Positions 1-13,182 of a DNA stretch of 64,000 bases are shown here, in pieces. This DNA comes from Oopsacas minuta. Its lineage: Eukaryota > Animalia > Porifera. Location: NCBI GenBank assembly GCA_024704765.1, contig JAKMXF010000210.1:248001-312000 (forward strand), read 5' to 3'. The position numbers were made by a program, and so were the translations under genes. Every line of letters begins with the position of its first letter. Positions within the stretch are counted from its first letter, which is position 1. Under the pieces are notes generated by a model. It saw only the letters and a list, made by a program, of their open reading frames with translations, had not been told where the DNA came from and did not search any database.

Positions 1-571
1 AAACATAAATGAAAATACAAATTTCTTGGAAATCAAGCCCTAATTTAATGATTAAGATGTAAGCGCCTTTCACTATTCATCTTAAAATCATATTTTATAT
101 AAAACTTATAATAGAATAATTATCACAAAATCATTTGCGTGGACGCTGAATCATTCATCCATTCTATTGTACTCAGAATTAATCACAGGTCTATTGTCTG
201 ACTAGAAATGACTGCAAGAGATATCACTACAGCTCTACACTCCCTTTACTGATTACTGATAAACCGCAATCAATTTCCATTAATAAAATGAAAGGTCTAA
301 GTAAATGTACATATGTGTATTCATAATAATTAAAGGATTAAAGGTGAAACAGACTAACTCCGATCTAAGAACTAGCGAAATATAAACTACTGAAAAACAA
401 AAATTACAAAATTTCCATTTGTATCTTGATTCTTTAAGTGATAGTTAATCTCGCTGATTTATATAAAGTCTCGATATTTATAAGGGTTGGAAAGGAAATG
501 ATTCATTTAAGTGTAAATTATGCAATTATGTGGATATATAATCTGGTTACACACTGGAAGAATTGAACATG

Positions 572-3500
572 CTACACCCAAGAATCGGTAGCTTTTGCCC
601 GATCAAACCGTATGTTAGTTGTATGAGGGTTTTTAGACATGAGTTGAGGGACTTGAATTGGTGTGTATTTAGAAGGGAGGTTTTCTAAGCTGCTTTTATC
701 AGATTTCACGATATCTGGTTGGCGGTTGGCGCTAGGAAGATCCTCTGGACGTATATGTGCAGTTAATCGCCTTTCTCGTTTCCTCTTAGTATCAACTTTA
801 GAGTACACGTCAGTTTGTTCGTTCTCATCATCCTTGGCTTCGATACGAATAGATTCTCTGGACTCTTCTTGTCCTGTCGTCACGGAAGGATTCGGGGAGG
901 GGGTGTGTTGAGGAGGAACAAGCTTAGCGTCTATCCCTAAATTCGAGTCTAGGGGTGTGGCCCTTTGATCCGAGGTACCCTTCTGTTCAGAAGAAGGATC
1001 CCGATTATAGCAGTAAATACGAGAATTAACCAAATTAGTATCCCCAGCCAATGATGGAGTGTTTCTAGGAGAACGTGAAATGAAAGAGACTGGAGAATCT
1101 CTGTGTACTTGCTCCAGAGGATGCCTCAAGGCAGAATCAGGATAGGATAAAGTTTGCTGTATCTTTTTATGAGGAAAATTAGTCTCAAATTGAGTTCTTG
1201 GATTATTATCCATATTTACAGGGGGAACAATTCTCCTATGTCTAGTGTTAGACTGCTGGTTAATAAGGGAGTTCTGAGGCTGGGAGGTACGAGAACTCCC
1301 ACTGATAATGCTAGATTCGCGAAACATAGTAAAATCACGACCTAGGTCAAGAGTATGGTGAATATTTGGTGAATTCTTTTCTGCTAAACTGTCGGATTTC
1401 GCTCGCTGTCTATACGCATTTTGCAAACTTGGATTTTTAGAACTATATGGCCCTGATAGATTTGTATCGCTAGGAGCACTAGAAGTTTCCTGTTCCAACC
1501 AATCTACTACTTTCTTCCAATTTTCATAAGTCCAGCCTTCTTTCTTCAAAAGAGGACGTGCAGTCTTATCTTCATGCAAAGAGAGACATATCTTGTTTGC
1601 GAGGTAAATTGTCTTTGGTGAATTTTGGTAATTACTGCAAGCAAGTTTTGCAATAATTACAATAGAATTCTTATTCTGGTAGAGTCGGTTGATGTTATCA
1701 GGACAGTTTTGAATAAGTTCATTGACAGTACTTAATAGGCTCTGGTAACATGCGTCATTAAGGCCTTCACAGTGTTTCCCACCTGGTAATCTCTCAACTA
1801 GGTGAACCATTGCATAGTCACCGATAAGAACTTTATTATGTGGATCTAAACTCAGATTGCGTAACGTAGTACTGGCTGATTTTACAATCAAATCATTGTC
1901 AATCGTCGTAATTACTTTGACAATTAAAGAGAGGCCTTTTTTGTTTCGCATAGCAGTTCTTATGTAAGATGCCCATTTCCAATTGCAAGCTGTAAGGTTG
2001 AGAATAGCTCCGAGTGTAGCTTCTATTGACTCACGGTTTGAGCATTCTTTTAGGATTAAAATGTACATATCTACAATTTCTGGTTGCCATAGTAACGTAA
2101 CTCCGTTATTAAGATGGTTATAGGAATTCCCATTTACTTTTTCCTGTAGATTCATTGTACCACTTCCTCTCACTTGAGAATGCTCTTTTTCTGGGGATTT
2201 ATAACTATCAGAATTTGTTCTGCGTCTCGATTTCTTCTTTACTGAAATACAAAAATATCTCCTATACCATTTACGAGGCTGGTTTGTACCATCACGGGAA
2301 ATATAATCTGTGTTTACAGCAGGCTCGAGTGTATCCCAGCGTATCTGTCTGTCATCTACACCCTCTCGCAGGTCAACTTCAGATTCCATACGATAACTAA
2401 GATTGCGAAGAATACACAAACAATTCTCCACTATTTGATTATCAAGATCCTCTCTACCTAGTGCTGAGCAGATTATGTAGAGAACAGAATCAACTAATCC
2501 AACACAACCACGTAATCTCCGTCTACACTCCTTACCGAATGAAGTTAAGTTACGTAACACACCAGTAGAGTTCTTAAGCTCTGCATTCCATTTGACATGG
2601 GAGAGAATGCTAGGATCCATGGCACTAAGAGGTACAGACTCTGTGTTCCAGTTAGCTAGAGGTATGACACTAGATCTCACCAGATCATCAATACAGATAT
2701 CTAGAAAGCCTCTCTTTAAATATTCTGAAGAAGATACATTCCACAAGACTCCAGTAGTCAATTCTCTCAATTCAGGCAATTGAGTTCGTAGCAATAACTG
2801 CATTAAGTTTGATAGACCCCAACCAGACGCTATTACTCGTTTATTTAACTCTACCCCGTAGCTAAGGTTCCTGAGAGCTCCTAAAGAACTGCTCAGAACT
2901 GAATCTTGTCGACTCTGTAAATGAGATATGAGAGCTTGTATAGCTCCTACTTCACGGAAGTATGCTTTGACTACGTCATCACCGTATGTCATCTGTTGAA
3001 TCAATGTAGCAGCTCTACACAGTGAGGTTATGTCTTGTGACGTTACGAGTATTCTGACTAGTTCTTGTGCTTTAGCTTCAGTAGGGCTTAGAGTTTGGTG
3101 TAGAGCTGGGACACTGGATATAGTACTTTGTAATGGTCTATGTTGCTTATCATGATGAGGATGGCTACGTTTTGAAGAAGATAGATCTTGTGATCTGCCT
3201 TTACCGGAGTAGTTTGGATTAGGATGGAAGGATACAGTTTGCTGTATAACTGGATGAGAATGCATTTCCTTATTAGGATGGTAGTAAGGAGGGTAAGCAT
3301 CAGAATTGTTCTGAAATTGTGGGAATTCCCTTTGAGGCATTAGTTGACTGGTTGGGGGTAATGTATGCTGATTATAGAAAGAGTATCCAACAGGTTGCAT
3401 ATGAGATGAAGGCTGAGAGATGGTATCATCATAATCTGAATGTATATTACCGTGATAAATTTCTTGTGAAAGAAATCTCAAATGTCGTTGAGGATTGATT

Positions 3501-3944
3501 TCAGTTTCAGATTGTGGGAATTGAGGGGAAGGTCTACGTTGATTGCAGTATTCTTGATCCAAATGGTGGTTGTATTTGTGGTTAAGGTGTCGGGAATTAT
3601 GACGCCATGATGGTTCACTTTTAGCTGTTTTACCACTGTAATGAGACAAAGGGGGCGATTGGTCTCCATCAGGATCAGGGAGGAGCTTTCCATCGTAATC
3701 AGAGAGAGTTGCTTGTCTAAACGAATTTCTGTTCATCTGATTTGGAATTAATGAATTTTCAGGTTGCGTATCTTGATAGTATACGATAGGCTTATGATTG
3801 AATTTTAAAACGCTGGGTTGTGCGAAATGAATCTGTTGTTGCATTCTCAAGTCCATTCCGTTGTCTCTGTAATAGCCATGAGAATGTGATGGAACAGCTG
3901 ATTCATTGGGCAAGTACATCTGTCCAGGAATATTTCTGTTCATA
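572..3944 (-). CDS. CTNND2: p120-catenin family armadillo protein (delta-catenin/ARVCF/p0071-like), single exon
   Basis: ARM-repeat motifs typical of the family: LGALRNLSYG, TGVLWNVSS, VENCLCILRNLSYRMESEV, LLWQPEIV, LGAILNLTACNWKW. Basic insert KKKSRRR and C-terminal PDZ-binding motif DSWV. The ORF-track start at 3976 is TTG; the first ATG is 3944 (MNRN). The symbol means family co-orthologue. Confidence 0.92.
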
Positions 3945-4699
3945 TTAAGTGTGAATAAGATAATATATTCAATCAAATATGAGTAACTATTCGGATAAGA
4001 GCAATTGAGAGTCCTTATGTTGAATTGGGATGCAGATGGTGTGTGTTAAGATAGCTACGTGTTAATATAAGTATATATTATCAAATGAAATGATCAACAT
4101 TATGAAATTGCTTATCCTATGAATGCTGTGTTCATCATTTAAGGACTCAACAAGGTGGCTTAATAAAATCAGATGCACATTATGTTACATTGTAAGATTT
4201 GCTTAGCCATAAAAGCTAACTGTGATGCTACACCTTTTGCTTGGTTACAAAATTAGGAAATAGAATTTGCAACTGGCATAAAATTGAAGTGATACAATAG
4301 CACAAATGCAATTACCGATGTGTTTGAAGTAATGATCAATTGTAAAAAGCAGTAATTTGAGCAAATAACCAATGGAATAAACTAATGTTTGACTCTAATA
4401 TATTAAATTTGTATGGACTAATCCAAGAAACACTCATTAACGAATGCAATGTAAGGAATGCACTTATAAGTAAACCGTATACTACAGTAGGCATGAATCC
4501 AATTAAGAAATAGATTGTATTTCAAGGAAAGAAGGATTAATATTAGTAATTATCATATGTAAGAATTTCTATGTCTAATATGTTAGAAGAATACTTAGAT
4601 ACCTTATCAATAGAAGCAGGTAGACTAGAATGAACTCAATACACCTTACTAACCTTTAGTATGTAACCGATCTAGCATATAATTTGCATAATTGGCAAA

Positions 4700-7600
4700 C
4701 TATCTGATTTGCAATGGGCTGATCTTCATTCCCACACACTTCTTTCCCAGCTCCGATATCTCTGCAATCGTATCTAAAGTACCTGCCTTTTCAGGGACAT
4801 ACAAGGCTTGAGTGAAAGGGCACACTACGTTAGGCTTCCCCCGATATATTGGCTGGTATGTAGCAGCGCATATTTTAAAAGGATTGCGTTCATCATAGTT
4901 GACAGGATTCTCATCTCCGGGGTCATGACCTGACGCTTGGATTATCTTCTTTGCATGCACAGCCATATCGGCTTTCGGTCCTAACTCGAGTAAACGGCGA
5001 GCGAATGAAGATGCCATTTTCAAATTTTTCAACTTGAAAGAGATTCCTGCTGCAGTACGTAGTGTCAACATTTGATGCACTGGCAATAATTCACAATGAG
5101 TGAAATACGCAGCCAATTCACAATTTCGTTTTTGCTGATCTAGCGAATCCTTTGGGATAGCTTGTCGATGCAATTCTAGGGAGAGTCCTAATATATATTC
5201 CCGACAGATACCTAGCATTTCTTCACTAGTTTGAATCTCCTTCTTTGTATCTACGCATAATAGAGGTATCTGTAGTAGCACATTCCTAAATGGAGCAAGT
5301 AATTAAACTAATTAACAAATCTATGTTTGTAAAATCAAATGCTCAAATCATAAGTTATTTATTGCTTGATCAGTTCTTGCTATTTGACATTAGTTATGAC
5401 AGCAATAATCATGGAAGTACACATTATTATGCTGAGGAAACTGCACAGCATAATATAATTAGTGGAAATTGCTAGAATGGAACGACACTATTATTATATT
5501 AGCTATTGAAATCAAGGGCCAAATCATAACATATAAGTTTAATTACACTATTATTATAATTCTATATAAGGTGTTATATTTACGTATTGGTGTTACAATC
5601 CGACAACGCATGCTTTCTTCAAATTATTACGCAAAATCGATAAAAATAACAAATCAAAAATATCATTTGATAGAATATTTGTATAATAAATGATTAAAAT
5701 TAGAAATTTCTCTGCAAAACCTATTATATTATCAGTTGAATAAAATTGGTTTCTTCAGACGAAATCAGCAAAAAACTGTATATCTATTGACAGATAAGAT
5801 AATCACTAAGAGTATTAATATAATGATGTCTAGTGAATTCCCATGAGATGAGTTAATGTAACACCTTGAGTATACCATGGGAAAGCTACCACAGAGTATA
5901 ACCTCACCTCATTCAATTGTAAATGGGAAATTTAATTATACTAAAAGTTGATTCGATAAACACGGGAATTATCAGAATCAAGCTATATTTGGATATGAAC
6001 TTAGGGAAACCAGGCTATGATGTCATATCATTATATAATTAGACATCATTTTACGATATCAGAGAGCTTGAATTCTAAAGAAGTTCGGGCTAGGCAATTC
6101 TAATGCTGAATTTATTTAGGATAATCGATAACCTCACCTAATTAGGACAAGCTGCTTATGTATCCCAATTAAATGGGATCGACTGATATTACTGAATGCA
6201 AAAGTTCAAATAATAGAGCTAGAACAAAAGATATAATAGCGAATATACAGAATTGGCTTTTGAATAAACTATCATTGCATTAATGAGCATATGTATATGA
6301 ATATAACACAGCAAAACAGCAGGTTGTTGATTAACAAAAGAACGAAAGACTGCATGTTGAGAGATGGCCGTTCTTGTTACAAATGCTCGTCCCATTGTTA
6401 CACAAACGATGGTCGTTATTAAATATGAAAAGTTCAAAGGAAGGTTTTAAGATAATGATTACAGTCAGCTCCCGTTATATCGGGGCTAAACCTACTCCCA
6501 TAATCACTTCGATATACCAAATTAAAATTAAGTTACTTGGCCGTTTGGACCACATTCGTACAATTTCAGACTTCGATATGAATGGTTAGTAGTAACACAA
6601 CTTACTTGAACTTATATACTGCATCTTGAAACTTGCCAGCAGTTGTCAGTTTGTATGCAACGTGTAACTTAGAGGTTAGATCGTCTATACTTCCCAGCCG
6701 TGTGGGAAGCCCCCCTCTAACGCCAGCCTCCCTCCAGTTCCTGTGTGGGTACGCCCTAATAGCCGGAGTACAAGGTAGACCAGGGATAGCGATTATAGAT
6801 GAAGACTGATAACGCTCGAATATTTCCTTATAAGGAGTTATATTTACACATCCAATCTGTTCGTTAAGTAAGCGAGCAGCTGTTAAGAATGAGCCCGCCA
6901 TAATGTGATCTCCAGCAAGTTGTGAATTATTGAGCCATACTTCTGTCTGGCTAATCCCAGGGCTAGGTGGAATATACATACCTAAAAAATATTAAAATAT
7001 GAAATATCTACAATCAATACTGTAATGTGTATTAACCTTCTGGAGAGAGATTATCTTTCAATGCACTGGGATCTAACACGAAATCAGCTGGCAGATTGAG
7101 ATCTTCATCTCCCCATCCTGTACCAGGTTCAGCAGGTGTGCTTACGTCACCATCTGATAGAGCATCTGCAGTCTCATTCTCATTATCTAGATCTTTCATC
7201 TCATCCAAGTCCCAACCTCCTTTAGCTACATCGTCATCAAATTGCAGAGCAGATTCTACTGAATTATCCAACATACTTTTGGGTTTTAGAGCCAAATCCT
7301 AGAAGATAAAAGTGTGTATAATGTAACAAGATCAAGATTGTGTAGCTGTTCGCTAAGTACATAGTAATCTGTATACCTTATTATGTCATCATAAATATTA
7401 GCTGATTGTTTTATGGTGCAATTGGAGGTATAAGTATATTTGCCTGTAATTTACCAACAAGTGTTGCATGTCTGAGAATATGGCAAAATGAGTTGGTATT
7501 GACATCAGTTTTGTTAGAAATTTCCAGGCGTCTTAAATTCGCACTTTAGTTAGATTTCAAGGGTTCATTTAAATAGTTAAAACTCACATGGAATATTCCC

Positions 7601-10600
7601 TTGCTAACATGTAACAGAGGCCAATTCTCCTTCAATGGTTGTATAGGGGGAGGAGGCTTAAGCAGCCGAGCCTCAGGATGAGGTTTTATTGCATAAGTAT
7701 CAATTTCAGATAGCTGAGCTAATTCCTCAGCCTGCTCGTTCAGGCCGTGTGTAACAGCAGTAAGATATGCCAGTGAGTGTTGTCCAGCAGCTCTTAGTGC
7801 CTTTATTCGTTCATACACATCACCAAGTAGCAGAGCATTCTGATATGTCCCACTCACATCCTTCTTTACCTAAGCAACCAAATTTCAATAATCAATCTTA
7901 ATTATGTGTGATCAGAAATTTTCTGTCTGTAAGGAATTTCTTAGGAAAAATAAAGTGCAACCTGGATTATCTGAATTTGTTGGAACATTCAAAATCGTTC
8001 GGATCATGTGGAAACCAATTAATTGATGTTGTGTTTATCGCGGAATAGAAACATGTTCAATGACCGTTTCAATTTAACCCAACAAGAAATAATTATTTCT
8101 TGCTATATAGTGATCGCTTATCATTCTATTGTAATTTCTAAAAGTGCTCGTTCTTATAATTTGATAAAAAGTAGCATAGCTGGTCAAAATCGTAGATAAA
8201 TAATAAATTTAATAATTTGACAAGGAAATCAGTGTTTCCAGAATGTATTACACCATTAATAGTAGCCTCAAGAATGCACTAATCAGCTATGAACACAGGA
8301 ATAATATCGAATTACTGGAATGTAGATTTAATTCAATTTAATTTTGCTGAAAATAACTTAATCGCTCTGACTACCAAACAAATATAATTTTCTTAAAAGA
8401 ATGCCATTTGTTATAAGGCACATACATTGATATATGATTATGCAATAATTTCGCAATGAGTGTCAGCGAACAGCTGATTATTGCTGCTAAACTTTAAAGT
8501 GTTGATTAACGTTAAAACTATTGTTATAAACATCATTAACTTTGTGATGCGGTAAGTACTTTCTCAAAGTGTGTAACTGCAATTCTATGTATACAAGATT
8601 CATAGAGGATTCCTAATGATGCATTAATTCAATGAACATTCATTAAAGCAAAAAATAATTACCTCACTGATTCTCAACATCTTGCTTAACTTTTCTAAGT
8701 TACCAGTAACGAAGTAAAGGAAAGATAATTTGTTGAACTGTTTCGTACGTTGATAGCAAATCTCTACAATTTGATGTTTGCCCTGCCTGAGAGCGATTTG
8801 AGTTAACCTGTGCCAACAACCTGGCTCATCTATCTTTTTAGCTGATTCAAGACCAATTTCTATGTTACCTGATTCAACTGCTAGATTAAATCTAGTCTTA
8901 TCATCTTTAACAAATTGCAGAGCAACTTCAGCATATCCGTTCTTTCTGAGATAAGCGATTATACTCTGTCCAACAAGTTTAGAAGATCTCACCATTTGAA
9001 GTACCTCTTCATAACGGTGTGCTACTAGAGCTAACTTGAATTTGTATTCCGAGGCATCTATTTTGAAACACCTTGGAATTGCTTGTCTACACAGATAGAA
9101 CAAATTAACACAGAATCTAACTACAGTGGAGTTCGCTCATTAGCAAGTCGGGTTTTGCACGAGAAAACTTGCTAATAGAGCAACTCGATCAATTTGATAA
9201 ATAATATTGTTGTATGTACACGTACATACGTATATGTGATAATATGACACGTTTAGGGATATTGTAGTACACCCACGCGAAAGCGTTCTAGTTAATTCAA
9301 AAGCAACCACAATTTCCTCAATTGAAGAATGTAAATTAGCGTTGCTTTACTATAGAATAATCTCATTATACCAAGTTCTTCTTGCTTATAAACGAACTAA
9401 AAGTTCCCTACCTTATTAAGTTATTAGCAAGTCGTGTTTCTATGAGAAAACTTGCTAATAAGGCAACATAATTAATGCAATTTGGGCCATTGTGACCCTA
9501 AAAAATCTTGCTAATAAACGAACTAGTGTATACGTAAATACAATACCTTACCTGTCCAAACAGTATACATTATCTCCATAAGCAGCAGTTAGATAAACAG
9601 GCACATCTAGTGTACGTATAGTACCCTGATCTCCATTAGGTAGACAGTACTTTATATGGTTACTTGTCGTGTATAGCAACACACCATTTTCATCCCACGC
9701 AGCACTCTTCACTCTAGAAGCTTCTTTTATTGAAGCTATAATCTACACAAATTGTATCATTAATATAGAATATAATAATTAATGTAATTCACCAACTTTG
9801 AGGTTCTTGTCACAGCTCGTGACCATATGCTTGCCTAGCAGAGCTACTCTACTTCCATCATGTGACCAGATTACATATCTACAGCGAGTTACTCTTGCAG
9901 TAGCCAGCACTATCTTCTGTTGAGTATCGTATAGCAGACACTTGTCAGTTTGACGTAGCAATAACTTACCAGTACCTGCATAGAATAGAGCATCACATTG
10001 AGGTATGTCTGTTAATGTTTTGCTAGTCTCATTCCTTAGATTCTTAAGATGTACTTGTCCTGATTTAGCATCTAATACTGCAAATCTATTCCTCGCTACC
10101 CAAACAGCACTCACTCCAGTGCCTCGTTTTCCTTCCATGAACTCTGGGTTGGGATTTGGTCCAGGAGCAGAATCTTCTGTTTTAAATTAATAAAATTATT
10201 AGAATTTAATAATTTCATATAACACACCTTTTGGTAGTATAAACAGCTCGTATACAGCTGTTTCTATATTATTGCTATTAGAACATAGTATAATAGCTTT
10301 CTCAGCAGGACTATAGCTCAATTTGAAGGGAGTTCCTAGCTTAGGACCAGGACTACTACCAGCCTGTCTTCTGTGAGCTATAATAGGATAGTCATGCTCT
10401 GGTTTACCGTCTTTCCCCAGGGTACATCTCCTCAGATATCTAGCAATAATAGATAACTACGTATACCATGGATACAGTATTTAGTTATTGTAACTGACTT
10501 ATCCTTAATGTAGTATAGAACATTTTGGTGTACAGTGAATGCAGGACGCTCTCGTTCAAGTTTAAACACGATGAATCCCTGGTCATGACCAGCTGCGAAC

Positions 10601-11706
10601 AGATTCTGAGAAGGGTGAGAAGATAGAACCCAGAATCGCTCCTCCCTCCTAAAGGTATGTATCGTGTTCCTACGATGTACATCCCATAATTTTACAGTGT
10701 GATCCTCGCTAGCAGAGAGGAGAATATCTTGTCTTGGATGGAAGATAACACAATTCACATTACTGTAGTGACCTCTACACGCGTCTACTTCCCAAGCTCT
10801 ATTATCCCCCATGCGCCATAACTTTACCTACGTATAGTACTATGGATAACTGTATTATTACGTCATAATATATACGTGTAACTACCTGTCTGTCATCAGC
10901 TGCACTGGCTAGCAGTGGCATACCACCTCCATGCCAAGCCACCCAGTTGACACCTCTGTCATGTCCTTCTAGGATATGCAGGACCTGTACGTCAGAACTA
11001 CCGAATAAGTCGGTTTGTCCAGTTGCAGCTCCCAGTCTACCCTCTAGTCCCCCTACACTCCCTCCGGACCCTGCAGCACTCTTGGCCCTCAATCCTGAGA
11101 TGTCCCATACCCGAACAGTCTGGTCAAGACTTGCACTAGCCACCAGATCCTGTCCTGGATGGAACTCAGCACACATAACGTAGTGGTTATGACCTGTAAA
11201 GCATGCTTGTAATATTATTAATAACATAACCTATTTATCTTACATACCAGTAAGGACAGTGAGACAAGCTCTACTCTGCCAGTTCCATATTCTACAAGTC
11301 TGGTCGTCAGATGAACTGAGTATCCATGGTTGTTCATGATGATAAGTAACAGTACGTATGTAGTCAAGATGTCCTAGTAAAGTAAACAAACAGCGTCTCA
11401 GCTTATAATTCCAAACCTAACAACACAATGTAAACGTGGTATGTACTAATAAATATTTGATTGTATGAATAAACAAACTTTGATTTTGTAATCATCTCCT
11501 CCAGATACGAATAGAGGTTGGTTAGAATGGAAATGGATACCCCTGACAGGTCCATCGTGCTCATCAAACCTCTCCAATAGAATACCCATCCTATAGTCCC
11601 ACAGCTGTATTACCCCTGAGTGGAGACTGGCTAGAATCCAGCTACGGGAAGGATGGAAACAGAGTCCTTTCACTCTAGGACTCTTCGTGTCGAGCTTAGT
11701 AAGCAT
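4700..11706 (-). CDS. COPA: Coatomer subunit alpha, 12 exons
   Basis: N-terminal WD40 ([19 protein letters not shown]...[24 protein letters not shown]) and C-terminal ELAAYFTH...[13 protein letters not shown]. Exons: 11479-11706, 11248-11416, 10886-11193, 10499-10827, 10228-10439, 9797-10176, 9552-9742, 8663-9086, 7588-7869, 7037-7298, 6606-6981, 4700-5285. All introns GT-AG; total 3747 nt = 1249 codons. Confidence 0.97.
6460..6597. mobile_element. Degenerate short pogo/Tc1-type MITE in the last COPA intron
   Basis: Left end TA-CAGTCAGCTCCCGTTATATCG closely matches the terminal repeat of the element at 33937-34057. Two internal ACTTCGATAT copies. Right end degraded (TTCGATATGAATGGTTAGTAGTA). 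Confidence 0.55.
7951..8015. mobile_element. Possible one-ended pogo-like MITE remnant in a COPA intron
   Basis: TA-AAGTGCAACCTGGATTATCTGAA followed by an inverted TTCGGATCAT resembles CAGT..ACCTCGATTATCCGAA-type termini. No matching second end found. Confidence 0.3.
9122..9530. mobile_element. ~405-bp non-autonomous DNA transposon (MITE), TA-flanked, in COPA intron 7
   Basis: Left TA-CAGTGGAGTTCGCTCATTAGCAAG; right CTTGCTAATAAACGAACTAGTG-TA (imperfect terminal inverted repeats). Two internal copies of a hairpin ATTAGCAAGT...ACTTGCTAAT at 9139-9176 and 9423-9459. No ORF. Confidence 0.75.
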
Positions 11707-11868
11707 GCTAATTAAAATTAGTGTACTTCAATTAGAAATAATAGAAATACCAAATACGTATGTACTTTTCTGTAAAATAAAAACTTATAATATTTATGCT
11801 ACATAAAAATTAATAAAGTTGATAAATGCTATTTCATGCAAAGTCAAAAGGTTGTGAAATCCGCACAT

Positions 11869-12759
11869 TCATTTCTCAGTTTTTGTACTGAGCTCCTCCT
11901 CTGTGGGTGGTGCAAGAGCAGGAGGTAGAATCTCACCACATTTTCCATGGAAATGGTAATTGAATGCAGAAGTAGCAGTGGTGGGTTCTATATTAAATTC
12001 AGCAACAAGAACACCCTTATTAGCCAGATTTAGTGCGAAACCAGCAGCTGGATAAACGACAGAGCTCGTACCAATAACCAAGAACAAGTCACATTCACAC
12101 ATAACGCTGTAGGACTTAGACATAACATTGGTGTCTAAACTCTCCCCAAACCATACAACATGTGGCCTCAGTAGTCCACTACAACTACTGCAACGTGGTA
12201 ACTGGTCAGCTGGAATACCAGCTGATTTCTCATCAGGATCAGGAGCTCCTTTATCTTTGAGAGAGGCACAAATGGGACTGTCTCTGTTCTCCTTGACCTC
12301 GCTACAACTTAAACATCTCGTTAGAAACAAACTACCATGCAACTCTACAACATTCTGGGAGCCTGCAGCTTGATGCAACCTATCAATATTCTGTGTAAGA
12401 AGAGTGAATTGTTTCCCTTCATTTATCAACCGCTTTTCCAGATTTGCAAGTGCTAAGTGTGCTGGATTATATGTCTTAGTTAGCATAACCTCACGTCTGT
12501 AATGGTAGAATTCCCAAACCAAGGATGGATCTTCAGAAAATGCCTCTGGAGTAGCAAGCTGCTGGGCTTGGTACGTACGCCAATACCCACCTGCACCTCG
12601 AAACGTAGGGACTCCGCTCTCAGCACTAACCCCAGCCCCGGTTAGAGCTACTACAGATTTAGCATGTGCAAGAACTTTACGAAACCCATTCATATCTTTC
12701 TGTTCCTCACGAGCATCAACAGGGAATCCAAATATATCAGGCAGGCCACGGTCTGCCAT
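11869..12759 (-). CDS. SIRT5: NAD-dependent protein deacylase sirtuin-5 (class III sirtuin), single exon
   Basis: GAGVSAESGVPTFRG, WEFYHYRR (class III Tyr/Arg specificity pair), TQNID, HGSLF, Zn cysteines, LLRPHVVWFGE, GTSSVVYPAA. Confidence 0.96.
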   Translation of the reverse strand: MADRGLPDIFGFPVDAREEQKDMNGFRKVLAHAKSVVALTGAGVSAESGVPTFRGAGGYWRTYQAQQLATPEAFSEDPSLVWEFYHYRREVMLTKTYNPAHLALANLEKRLINEGKQFTLLTQNIDRLHQAAGSQNVVELHGSLFLTRCLSCSEVKENRDSPICASLKDKGAPDPDEKSAGIPADQLPRCSSCSGLLRPHVVWFGESLDTNVMSKSYSVMCECDLFLVIGTSSVVYPAAGFALNLANKGVLVAEFNIEPTTATSAFNYHFHGKCGEILPPALAPPTEEELSTKTEK

Positions 12760-13182
12760 AATTCAGTAGTTTAATATCACAAAAAATATTTCAACGATGT
12801 ACACACGTAATTGATTAAATACGAGACTTTTGGTAACTAGTCTAGACTACTATGGACAATAACAATACAGTATACTTCGGTTAATAAAAGCACTGGGTAA
12901 TCGAGAAGCAAGAAACAATCCATCCAAATAGTGTTAAATTGCTCCGGTTGATTGGACCACACCTGCAATGAATTCAATGTTGGACATTAATTAAACCCGA
13001 AGAGGGAATATTTTAATCAAACTATAAATTACCAAAATGTATCAAAAATACCGTCCACTAGGGACAGATAAATTATCAATTATACATCAATAAAAGTACA
13101 TACAAGTTAGAGATAAGCGCAGATATAAACTAAAGGGGAGTATGTAGTAATATAGCAGAATGATACATGAGCAGTTCGTAAA

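Noticed and set aside
663-3693. Short ORFs overlapping p120 (e.g. 663-911, 2155-2400, 3088-3300), and similar 60-160 aa ORFs inside the MAGUK, HPS3, TTC17, CLCN7 and the giant protein
   Set aside because: Antisense or alternate-frame shadows of long genuine CDSs, many with TTG/GTG/CTG starts and no recognisable motifs.
5290-6589. ORFs 5290-5475, 5469-5693, 6219-6437 and 6374-6589 as nested genes in the 1.3-kb COPA intron
   Set aside because: Low-complexity I/Y/N/K-rich translations typical of AT-rich non-coding DNA. The last overlaps a MITE remnant. No coherent exon chain.
7330-7400. Box C (ATGATGA) on the minus strand in COPA intron 9 as a C/D snoRNA
   Set aside because: No CTGA box D with a terminal stem at a suitable distance.
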